Translations under genes and position numbers: made by a program | The notes under the pieces: model-generated | Database searches by the model: none | What the model saw: only the letters and a program-made list of their open reading frames with translations | What the model was told of the DNA's origin: nothing | Source of the DNA: Pseudogymnoascus verrucosus | Taxonomy: Eukaryota | Length of the DNA stretch: 64,000 nucleotides | Assembly (NCBI GenBank): GCA_001662655.1 | Contig: KV460252.1 | Strand: one strand, 5' to 3' | In this document: positions 21,905 through 32,219 of the stretch, one piece after another | Numbering within the stretch: position 1 is the stretch's first letter | Layout of the letters: every line of letters starts with the position of its first letter

Positions 21905-22394
21905 CTTGAGATACGTGGAGGGTAGAGTGGTGTATGAGTTGCTGGGAGGGTATATGAGCCAAGCGATATAGTGAGGGGATTTGGTGTCCGATATTATGAT
22001 CAACCCGTATAATTTTTTCATGAGCGATTGGAATGGTTGAGCTTCAAAGGAATGGAGCGATGGCGGTTTAAATATTTATATAAATAAGGTGGAGCGATGG
22101 TAGTAGCGCACTTTGACGCACCATAGTTATAGTATAAGAGCGAAGCTTTCTAAAACCACGCCACTTATGGCAGCCATGCTATGCCTCGGCCGTTCCCATC
22201 CATTTCTAAAAGAGCGGAAATATGGATATCAAAACTAAACTCATAGCAAAATGCACCCTCTTATCCCTCACGCCGCAGCTATCATCCGCCTATGAAACCA
22301 CACTACAGCTGCAGCTCCTGACCTGCTCTCATTCAAACAAGCACCCTCTCACACCCCTCCTACTCCTCAGTTCCTGTAACATACAAATACCACA

Positions 22395-22681
22395 TCACTC
22401 ATCCCCCGACCATATATCCCGAAAAATATCCACACTAACCTTCACCAAATACGTAACCCCCGCGACCTCAGCCATGAGCAGGCAGATGCAAAGTGCGATG
22501 AGCAAGATGGCGAGAAGATACACGATGGTGCGCTGGTACCAACCTTCGGGGTAGAAAAATGTATGGATTAGTTGTGTTCCTTGTCGTAGACGGGGACGAG
22601 GGGTTGTGATTCTTCGTCATAGATGGGGGGCTTGGGAGAGCTCGAGCTCCGGACCGGATGCGGCCTTTGCGGGGACGTCAT
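22395..22681 (-). pseudogene. DEESQ-TM micro-gene paralog B (frameshifted)
   Basis: MTSPQRP...PIYDEESQPLVP stops at 22568. The TM tail TIVYLLAILLIALCICLLMAEVAGVTYLVKVSVDIFRDIWSGDE* is in a shifted frame. Confidence 0.55.
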
Positions 22682-23247
22682 CTTGGAAGGTTTGTTGGGC
22701 CAAGTAGTTTGGGTGTTGTAGGAGCTGGGAGAGATGGTGAAGAGCTTGGAGTCTGATGTTGTGATAAACTCCTGTGGGAAGCTGGAAGGAGGCTGTGGCA
22801 AGGTCAAGGATTATGGAGGGCATATAATATAAGGATGTTTAGCTAGCTTTAAAGGAAAGGAACGAGCTGCTTTGAAAAGATTTCTAAATAATCTGAATGG
22901 ATGGAAGTAGCGCATCGCTGGCGCATCACCATGCACTAGAGTTATACTATAAGACCAAAACAATCTATGACGCCACTCAGGGTAGCCATGCTATTCCTCG
23001 CTACGATCGATTTCTAACAAATGAAGTAGAAATATGAATATCAAAGCCAAGCCTAGCACTATACACACCCCTTCTGCCTCACAACGTATCAATAATTTAG
23101 CCATGAACCCGCACCGTTTTCCACTCCCCCGATCTCGTGCGAACTACCACACACACCTCTAACTGCCCATTATCACAGCCCCTATAACCAGTCAGCCCTC
23201 CCTCTCCCCATCTCCACAGCCCCTGAAACTTACTACATCTCTCACTC

Positions 23248-23655
23248 TCACCCATCCAGCACACCCTCTTCCTCCTCCTCCTCCTCCTCCTCCTCCTCCT
23301 CCTCACCACCTACCCCAAGCAAGCTTTCCGACTGACAAAACACACTCCTCGGACTATCAATCCTGACGCCCAAATGCTTAACCAGATTGAGCACATCATA
23401 CACGTCCGCCGAGTGCTCATCCGGCGAGCCAGAGAAAACAAGGATATCATCCACGTATATTATGGCGTAACGCCGACGGGACTGCGCGAAAACGGCTTCA
23501 AAGTAGTGGTGCGGGGGTGGAGAGTCGGCGGAGTTCACTAGCGATAGGTAGGTGAAACAGGTGTTGACGCGGGCGGGTGGAGGTGGAGGTGCCTCTTTGC
23601 TGCGGATTGGGAGTTTGATGGAGGTTGTGGCGTCTTGCTGCTTTGGGGTTGTCAT
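23248..23655 (-). CDS. Small ORF derived from a Ty3/gypsy-type reverse-transcriptase palm fragment (YVDD), with poly-Glu tail
   Basis: RYAIIYVDDILVFSGSPDEHSADVYDVLNLVKHLGVRIDSPRSVFCQSESLLG matches the LTR-retrotransposon pattern YxDDILI(F/Y)S...EH...V...L...G...F...LG. No gag, protease, RNase H, integrase or LTR seen nearby. A second exon at 23181-23097 is possible. Confidence 0.6.
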   Translation of the reverse strand: MTTPKQQDATTSIKLPIRSKEAPPPPPARVNTCFTYLSLVNSADSPPPHHYFEAVFAQSRRRYAIIYVDDILVFSGSPDEHSADVYDVLNLVKHLGVRIDSPRSVFCQSESLLGVGGEEEEEEEEEEEEEGVLDG

Positions 23656-24099
23656 GTTGGAAGATTATTGTTGGTTTGGAGAGGTTGTGGAGAGCTGAGG
23701 GAAGCTGAGGGGAGCCGTGAGGAGCTGTGAGGAGCAGAGGGGTTTTGTGAGCTGGGACATGTTGTGGGATGTTGATATCACGAAGTAAACAGTCACACAC
23801 AAATATGCTTCAAACGGAAGGAGCGAGGCATTCGAGGGGTTCTCTGAATAAGGCAGGAGCGATGGTAAGTAGTGCTGCACCAGCGCACCATTAGAGCACA
23901 ACAGTTATAAAATAAAATCCAACCTCTCAAACACAATCTTTAGACCAGTCTCCTGCTAGAGGCAGTCAAGCCATGCCTCGTCCCTCTACACACTCCGTGC
24001 TTTCCGAGCCACGGAGAAAGCAAAAACAGAGCACAGGGCAAGAGAACACCCCCCTCCCCTCTCAGGTCCCACGCTCCTACGCCCCCCCTATTATCCTTC

Positions 24100-24412
24100 C
24101 TTCCCCCGCCCACCATCTACACAACGCACCCGACGTACACCCCTTCTCCCAAATCTCCCGATACATCCTAACATCCAGTATCGCAAGATACACGCCCCCC
24201 ACGCAGAGGACTATGACATAGAGTACGTTGAACGGATAGGGCAGGCTGTCGTATACCTAGTTGCAGGCGCGGAGATATGGGCATCGGCGCGGGGCGGGGG
24301 GGAGTTGTGATTCCTCATCTTGGAGGGCGAGTTGTGATTTCTCAGAGGTGGTGGCGTGGGGTAGTGTGATGGGGGTTGTTAGAGGGTAGTGGTGCTGTTT
24401 CTCGGATGCCAT
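24100..24412 (-). pseudogene. DEESQ-TM micro-gene paralog D (in-frame TAG; 3' end approximate)
   Basis: MASEKQ...LQDEESQLPP...ACN*(24257-24259)VYDSLPYPFNVLYVIVLCVGGVYLAILDVRMYREIW; the tail resembles GVTYLVKVSVDIFRDIW of paralog B. Confidence 0.5.
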
Positions 24413-24984
24413 TTTGGGAGACGAGCTGGTCGATGGGTTGTAGAGGCTCCAAGGAGCTGATAGATTTTGAGGGATATTGTGAGGGGATATTGGGAGGTGA
24501 GAAGCTGTGATGTAAATACACGCACTCAAACCCGAATCATAAGAAAGGGATATCACAGTGGTTTAAATAAGTTCTCTTCAATAAGATGACCAGACGCAGC
24601 AGTAGCTTACCACTACCACCGACGGCGCCAAAGCTATAATACACAAGAGCCCTGCGAAACCTCCCATCAAAAAACCAATCTTTTAAACCAGTCTATGCGC
24701 ACCACCACCCCACTCTCGAGAGTAGCCATGCCATGCCATGCCATGCCATGCCATGCTCACACCACAACCCGCCCGCCCACTTCGAAAAAGCACTCAAACC
24801 CAAACCCAAAATCGCGCACGAGAGGAACAACTCCACAGGCTCACCACCAGCACCAGCCACACTAACGCCATAATCCGTAGTAACACATAAAATAGAATCC
24901 ACAAGCAGTAGAAGAAGAACAAGGAAGACGACATAAAAACAGTCTAGCATTTGCATCCCCATCCTATCCAGGGAGTAGTAAACC

Positions 24985-27679
24985 TCACATCCCCCCACCG
25001 CCGCCGTTAGCCTGCCCGCCATTAACACCCGCCTGTGCCACATTCCGTGCTGCCGCCTGCACACCCTGCTGTTGCGCCAACTGCGCCCGCTGCCGCTCCA
25101 TCATGCTCGACTGCTCCGCCGGCGTCATCACAGTGTGATACCCCGTCGGCCCGAGCGGAGCTGCCTGAGGCTGCGGCGTCGATGGCGCACCACCATTGGG
25201 GTAGTACGACGCTGGGAACGGCCGCGGTGCCGTTGCGGGGAGGTGCGAAGTGTATCCCTGCTGCGGCTTCTGCGGAGAAGCTTGTCGCGCGGGCGTCGCG
25301 TATGGGTACGCTGCTAGGCCGTTCGCAGGGGGTTGCGCGCGCTGAGCGGCGTACGCTGCATTGGCTGGGGGTTGGTAGCGTTGCTGTGGTGCTGTTTGGG
25401 GTGGTTGGGCGTACTTCTGCGCGTTAGGAGTTTGGTAGTAAGCTTGTGGGCCGGAGGGGTATTGTTGGGGAGGGCCGGGGCGAGGGACCTGGTGGGGGTA
25501 GGTCGGTGTGCCGTAGGCTTGTTGTGGCCGGTATTTTGTGCCTGAGATGGTGCGGGGAGGGGTGTAGGGGATGGGACCGACGGTTGAGGGAGGGCGGACC
25601 ATGTTGGTTGAGGGAGCGCGGTTGGGGGTTTGGGATTGGTTGTAGTATTGCGCCGGTGGTGCGGAGGGACGTGCTGAAGCCGCCGCGTACTGGTTTCCGT
25701 ATAGGGAGGAAGAGCGGTGGTGCGAGGTCGACGGTGTGTGTCTAGAGGTTGTAGCAGCTGTCATCGCGGCGACCTTGGCACGAGCTGCGTATTCGTCCTC
25801 TTCCAGCACCCCCTTGAAAGTATCTGTTAACACAGGGACCTTTGTGCTGATGCTGAGATCAGACAATTGATCCGAATTCAATTTCGCAACAGCATAAGGC
25901 GGTAACGTCGCGATCATTAAAGTTAATTGGGACTTGAGAATGCTGTAGGTGGCAGCTTCTGCTTCGCTTGGTTTGGCCGGGCTTGGTATGTCGGCGCCAG
26001 GCATGACGCCAGCACGGGGGACGGCGCTCAGAGAAAGATTGCGGTTTCTCTGGTACGAATTCAGCGTCTCGAGAAGATCAGAAATACCGTCCAGCACCTC
26101 TGCAACGTCCTTATCCTCAATCGACTGGTCGTTTGCGTCTGAGGTGGAGTCTTCGAGGCTTGGATCGATAACCTCTTCCCAGTTATCAACGGCATCCTTG
26201 AACTTCTCATCTTCGTCGTCAACAGAGTCAACAGCCATATTATCCGACGTAGATTGCTGGGCATCCAGTCCAACTAATGCCATGGTCTCCATGTTGTTGG
26301 CGAGCCGTTGGAAGGTCTTCTCGCCGACCCGTTGCCACCAGATTTTGCTAACCACCCCTTGTGGGACAACAGCTGCCGCATCATCCTTTGTTGGAGCAAA
26401 TGACGAATATGCACTTCGGAAGAGCGCGTCTAATTTCGCAGCTTCTTGTTCAGCAGTCTCCGCTTCTGATGTGGAGGCCTTGACCCCGTTAAGGCTCATG
26501 GCTCTCTCTCGTTGTTTTCGCTTCGGGTCTGGAAGGTTTGAGCTGCCGGTATATTCAAGCCAGTGGCCGGATGATATTGGTTGACTATAATAACTCTGGT
26601 TGTTGCGCGCGCGTTCGATGTCCGATACCGATGGTTGCGACCAACCGATCGCGAGGCCCTTGTTTGAAGAAGCCCTTATCGGTTTGGGCGGCAGGAAAGG
26701 CAATGTGGATGTAGACGTAGAGAACAAGTCGCCCAGTGTCTGTAATTGCTTCTTGTCGTCCACGGCCCCAGATGTATCTATCGGGACGATCTGTGTAGTG
26801 TTGATCCCATTTGGCAGACCTACCTCCCGCAGCGGCTGTGGTACTCTGATGGTTCCATTCGGCACCTTAGCCGTCTCTTGGAGAGACGAAAACAGCTGCT
26901 TCGCGCCGGGAGCATTGCCGTACAAAGTCAAAACGAGCTTATGCTCGCCGGGCGTCATCGATATTTGCGTCGAGGCTTTCGGGGACGTTCCGTTTGTAGG
27001 GTAGTTCGAGATATTTGGGCTCTGTTCCCGCTCCTCTTTTGCCGACTTTAACTCGTCTTGTGTCTTCTGACGATGCGCGAGGTCTTCGGCCGTCTTTGTA
27101 AAGAGATTGATGTTCGTGACGAGCTGTGATTCCCGGATAGACAAGGGTGTGTTGTGGGTTCTGGTTGACCCGTTGGGCAATTGAAGCTCGTCGGTCAAAG
27201 ATTTGGAAGCGGCTTTGGCGTCGGAGATGACATCGTTGAGGCTCGAATACGCGTGAGCAGCTGCGCGCGCGATGATGGTGTTGGCATTGTCGGTCTTCGA
27301 TCGCTTTGCCTGTGGCTCTTTCGACTCTTCACGATTGGATAGCGGGCGTTCGAGGATGGAGGGGGTTGTATCGAATCTGTCAAGGCTCAGTTAGAAATCG
27401 GGTGGAAGACAATATTCCGTGGTGGCGGGATCTGCATATCAGGTAAGTGGTGCGCGCGTACCTTTTGAGGATGGTGATGAAGTCGTCGATCTGTTCGTGC
27501 GAATTCGTCTTGGGAGCTCCATTGGTTTTTGGCTCAGTCGTGCCGTTCACATGGATGGACGACTCTTCATTGCTATTAACGCGCTTCCGTTTTGCTGATG
27601 TTGAAAGAGGGGATTGTGACCGATCGTCTTGCGGCTGAGGGCTCAATAGGCCATTCGGCGACATGGCGACGTCTGTCAT
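24985..27679 (-). CDS. Probable nuclear protein with Pro/Gln/Tyr-rich C-terminus (possibly Rsc58/BRD7-like; uncertain)
   Basis: ATG at 27679 (MTDVAMSP...AKRKR). Intron GTACGC...CTAAC...CAG (about 27461-27377) splices in frame into the 737-aa ORF. The motifs WLEY and YSSFAPTKDD loosely recall Rsc58/BRD7-type segments (inference only). Confidence 0.8.
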
Positions 27680-28488
27680 CGTGCTGGAAGATATGGTAAT
27701 CCGCGATCTGTTGGGCGAAAGGCGCGTTTCGCGAATCGCGATGCGATCGCAAAAGTGTAGCGTGTGGTGTAGTAAGTAGTACGGGTCAGGTCGTTTAAAG
27801 TCCCGGGGCAACTCGATCTCTCTGTTTGTCTCTGTAGAGAACAGGACTAAAGAGCCACAGGAAGGTTATCCCACGAGAATTATAGCCACCATGAAAGCAG
27901 TAGATGTCGGGAACCCAAAGAGACTTTCAAAATAACCTCAATAATTAGAAAATATGATGTTGAACGTGATGAAGTCAGGGATGGGGAGACATTTCCAGTA
28001 CCGTTAAATCGTTAAACCGATAATATTCCCTGGTCACGTATGAGGAGCCGCAAAAGGCACGGGTCGCTTATGTAAGCAACGCGGCGGCGCGATTGGGAAA
28101 AGGTACGAGGGAGGAAAGGCTGTATAACAAATAATTTATAGGGAAAGGACCACCGACAAACATCAACAATTCTACACAGGAGAAGACGAAGAATACATAT
28201 ACTATAGCAGCTACGACTTTGGGCTTTGCTCTTTCTGCCTCTACATCCATTGACAGCCAGTCTACGCTGTGGAAGAGCACCTGCTCCCGTCTCTTCATCA
28301 AGGTAAGGCCCATTCCCCAATCCCCCAATCCTGTGTTTGCCTTTCCATGTCTTCACAATGCGAATCCAGTCTTACTCATTATACAGTATCCTATTATACA
28401 CCCTACTTGCTTCAATTTCACACCTCCCACCGCTCTACCTGGCCACGAAAGTCGATTTTAACTGGATCGGGCTTTCCAAAATGAACGG

Positions 28489-31400
28489 ATGCAATCGCGT
28501 GTAGTTTACGGCAATGTCTACGGCAATTGTAGCAATGTACGACGCCGACAGGTTGCAAGCGCCTTGACATTCAGCGAACTTCGTCCAACATGCATTTCAG
28601 CGAGGCGTGCTATCCCCCGGGGAGGTGACCAAGCCATTCGATGGGCGTCGCTTTCCTCGGCCGCTGCGGTGAAGGCGGCGCATCAGTCAGAAGCATACGA
28701 GCAACCTCCGGAAGAAGACAGGCTATTGCACCCAATTACGAGGCCATCTTTGGATTATAGACACTCGACATCTGGCGCACAATCTGTCTCTCCGCCCCAA
28801 CAATCAACCACGGGAGTAGCCTCCGAATTCCGCGTAAGGGGAAATAAAGCCCCAATCTCAAGGGCGGCCATTGTAGCCTCCAAATTCCGCACAAATAGAC
28901 CGCCGAACTCAGTGGCTAGTGGGGAGAGAGACAGAACCCCAATGTCAAGGGCGACTGTAGCCTCCAACCTACGCGCAAAGAAGAACAGACCAGCGAACTC
29001 GACGGACTACAAACCGAATTCGCTTGACATCAAAAAGGACAACAGTGGCCTAGAACATGTTTCCGCCCAACGTGCATCTTTGCTACATTCTTCAAAGAAA
29101 CCAGATCGCCAGGTCAACATCAGGCCTCGCAGCAACAGGCAACTCAAAAGTCAACGCCCCTCTCCCAGCCAAATAATAACTGCCTGGCAATCTGGGACTA
29201 TAAATTTCCTATCTAGCGGAGATGTCGAGGGATGGTCAAAGTCGGACGCATTAACAAGCATATTCGTGCAATATATGAAGTATATGGAGTCGCCACATTT
29301 ACCACAATTTTCTCAGGCCAACCCTGATCAACTGGAAAGACTGTTAAGACCATCTGAGCCCTTTTTTACTGAGGATATCACGGCCAGCCTTCAAAAACAC
29401 GGCTGCACACCTCAGGATGTACGAGGATGGGCCTGGATTGTTCTAGCACCCAATGCCCACGTTGCTGCTGAACGATACCTTTCGGCAGATACCACTTTTC
29501 CTCCGGTTGCAATCCTCACCAACATCCTGCGCATGAAGAAGATGCATATCAAAACTCTGCGACAATTGGTTTTTAGAGTTTCTACTATGCTAACCAAAGT
29601 CTCCACCTCTCCGACCAGCAAGAATCGTGGTATACTGGAGGACAACTCGTTTCAGACAGTGGTCTGTGGCCTTCTGAGGCATGCTCGGGAAATCGATCCG
29701 CTTTCGTTCACCGGCATTGCCCGCTTGGTTAGCCAGTACTGTGGTATTGTTACATGCATTTCCGACGAGGCTCGTGGTTTTGGTGGGAAGGAGTACACCA
29801 GGCTGACCAACATCTGTCGAACTGTCATCTGCCGGCTCTCAATACCCGCGGCCAAGTCTCCTTACGCGTCAATGGGGTATGCCTGGGAAGCGCAGCAGGT
29901 CATCCTCGAGGCAGGGAACTCGCTCCAGCCGGCACTAGAACTGGATGCCAGAAGCTACCAGGCTATAGCTTGTGTGCTACTTGCCGACAAGAAGACCGAG
30001 GCGGAGACTGAAGCGGTTGCACATCTTCATCGGTCGTGGCCGCCTTGGAAGAAGGTCTTGGATGGAATGGATGCGCGCCGTCAGCCAGAGGACGATGCAT
30101 CGCGAGCAACCCGCGTTCTTGAGAATATGAAATCAGCTGGGTATCCCCCGACATCGTTCGAGAATGCGATAAGCATTCTCGCAGGACGGGATACAGACGG
30201 CACTCCGGCGATTCCTACGCGGACAATTATGCATCTTGTGCGGCAAAAGTTATCCAAGGATATCAGACACAACAAACCCCTCCAGCCCGCTCACAAACGC
30301 CCATCAAACGTTGCTAGCAAACAACCCTCCAAACCCATCCAGAACAGCGCCTCCGAACCCGCCCTCACAAACCCCCTCAAATCCGCCGGCGAAAGAACCC
30401 CTGCATCCAACGGCAACAACTCCGCCGGCAAAAGCCCCGCCGAATGGGCTGCTCGCATCCGCGCCACCCGCGACGTCCAAGAAGCCTGGGCAGCCTTCCG
30501 AGCCTACCAGGGCCTCCCCTCACAAGCAATGTTCCACGAGATGTTCCTCAAGCTTATCTACGACAAGGTGAACCGCTTGCGCCCGCGCATGCACCACCCC
30601 GCCCCTGGCGACGGGTTTGAGGTCTTCCCAGTCGAGAACGACAACCTGAGCGATTTCGAGATTGAGCGCAAGGCCCCGCCGGACGTCAGGGGACTATACG
30701 AGCTCATGAGGGCGGCGCAGCTAACTGCAACTGACCGAACGCTCCGCCACCTCCTCGCGCAAGCCGATTCGATCAGCTGGGCGCTCCGACTCCTCCTCGA
30801 CTCCGGCCTACCCAGCGACGCCGTGAGTGCGCTCGTTCGCGGCAACGACCGAAAATCACGGCACTCATTCCCCAGCGAAACATCGCCCGCCTCGCCCAAT
30901 TCCCTCAATCAGAAGGAAACCGCCCTCGCCCGCGTCCCCCATGGCATCTTCACAGCTCACATCAAGCTCCTCGCCCGCCTCTCCCTCTCCACCCCCCATC
31001 CCAGACAAACCCCTCCAATAACACACCTCCACACCGCTCTCACGCTTCTCAAATCTCACCCTTCTCCTCCCAACTCAGCATGGCACGCCTTCCTCCGCGC
31101 GGCAGCCGCGCCGAAGACCCTCGCACAGCCGAACAACACATCCCCCGACACCGCGCTCCTACGCACATACAACCACAGGTCAGCGCCGTACTGGAACTCC
31201 GTCGTCCGGGAGACGGTCGCGCATCTGAGGGAGGGTGAGGGGGACGTAAACCCAGATATCTTTCAATACGCTGCGTATGCGCTGTATTCAACCATCTTCG
31301 CTGCGCGTCGCCGCGACGTTGCCGGCGCGCACGAGGAGGCGGAGAAGAGTCTCCCTGCCCTCCATGAACTCTGGGATGCGATAACGGAACCATCGGAGGA

Positions 31401-31842
31401 CGTAGGTGGTGTCGGGGGGGAGATGGTACATCAGGTTATGGGAACGCATGTCTTGGCGTATTTACGCGTCCTCGCTATCGCGGATGCGGATGAGGAGATC
31501 GAGAAGGTGCTGGAGTGGATGGTGCGCTATCAATCTACACTAGGTGTGGTTGGACGCACGAGGGGGAATGGAATTGCGAGTTTGAGGAGGGTGATTGTTG
31601 CTGTGCGCGCGTATTCAGAGAGGAGGGATGCGGAACGAGAACGCGATGGAGAGGGTGAGAGTTTTGAGGGGGAAGACGAAGGGATGACGCAGCGTTTAGT
31701 GGCGCTGGCGGAGGAGATTGAGGAGGAATGGGGGGGGTGGCCGAGGGAGGAGGAGGTGGAGGAGTATTTTAGGGAGGGGGAGGAGAGGTATGGTGGCGGG
31801 TTTGGGGAGGGGGAGTGGGTTGTTGGGGGGTTGGTGGGGTAG
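28489..31842 (+). CDS. Large helical protein, probably mitochondrial (PPR-like; uncertain)
   Basis: 1117-aa ORF; R/S/A-rich presequence-like N-terminus; helical segments such as RVLENMKSAGYPP, LYELMRAAQL and WAARIRATRDVQEAWAAF. Confidence 0.75.
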   Translation: MQSRVVYGNVYGNCSNVRRRQVASALTFSELRPTCISARRAIPRGGDQAIRWASLSSAAAVKAAHQSEAYEQPPEEDRLLHPITRPSLDYRHSTSGAQSVSPPQQSTTGVASEFRVRGNKAPISRAAIVASKFRTNRPPNSVASGERDRTPMSRATVASNLRAKKNRPANSTDYKPNSLDIKKDNSGLEHVSAQRASLLHSSKKPDRQVNIRPRSNRQLKSQRPSPSQIITAWQSGTINFLSSGDVEGWSKSDALTSIFVQYMKYMESPHLPQFSQANPDQLERLLRPSEPFFTEDITASLQKHGCTPQDVRGWAWIVLAPNAHVAAERYLSADTTFPPVAILTNILRMKKMHIKTLRQLVFRVSTMLTKVSTSPTSKNRGILEDNSFQTVVCGLLRHAREIDPLSFTGIARLVSQYCGIVTCISDEARGFGGKEYTRLTNICRTVICRLSIPAAKSPYASMGYAWEAQQVILEAGNSLQPALELDARSYQAIACVLLADKKTEAETEAVAHLHRSWPPWKKVLDGMDARRQPEDDASRATRVLENMKSAGYPPTSFENAISILAGRDTDGTPAIPTRTIMHLVRQKLSKDIRHNKPLQPAHKRPSNVASKQPSKPIQNSASEPALTNPLKSAGERTPASNGNNSAGKSPAEWAARIRATRDVQEAWAAFRAYQGLPSQAMFHEMFLKLIYDKVNRLRPRMHHPAPGDGFEVFPVENDNLSDFEIERKAPPDVRGLYELMRAAQLTATDRTLRHLLAQADSISWALRLLLDSGLPSDAVSALVRGNDRKSRHSFPSETSPASPNSLNQKETALARVPHGIFTAHIKLLARLSLSTPHPRQTPPITHLHTALTLLKSHPSPPNSAWHAFLRAAAAPKTLAQPNNTSPDTALLRTYNHRSAPYWNSVVRETVAHLREGEGDVNPDIFQYAAYALYSTIFAARRRDVAGAHEEAEKSLPALHELWDAITEPSEDVGGVGGEMVHQVMGTHVLAYLRVLAIADADEEIEKVLEWMVRYQSTLGVVGRTRGNGIASLRRVIVAVRAYSERRDAERERDGEGESFEGEDEGMTQRLVALAEEIEEEWGGWPREEEVEEYFREGEERYGGGFGEGEWVVGGLVG

Positions 31843-32219
31843 ATTAGATGCTATACTGCGTGTGGTTGCGGTGTGTTTGGGGGCCTTCTCAAGAGCTGAG
31901 GGGCGTGTTTATGTGTGTGTGTGTATTATTGGGATTGAGGATTTTGTATATAAGATGGAGATACGTTGTAGATGTAGATTGATTGATAGATATGGTAATA
32001 GAATAATACCCAATGTATTCGCTACTCTGGCTCTATCTAGTCTCTCTACCTCTCAAAGGCATCTCTCTCACTGTTACGAGCCGTAACACTCGTCCAATTC
32101 AAACGGGGTATCATTTTTCACCATCATCCAAAACTCCTTTCCTCCCCCCTTTTTCCACCCTCCACCCATCCATCCCCCCTTTTTTGAATCCTTTCCTTTC
32201 CCTCTCCCTCAAAACAACC

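Noticed and set aside
23097..23655. Intact LTR retrotransposon
   Set aside because: Only a short RT-like segment; no LTRs, gag, protease, RNase H or integrase recognisable in the flanks.
28850..29000. Short internal duplication in the 1117-aa ORF (RAAIVASKFRTNRPPNS / RATVASNLRAKKNRPANS)
   Set aside because: Real, but in a disordered N-terminal region and probably neutral.
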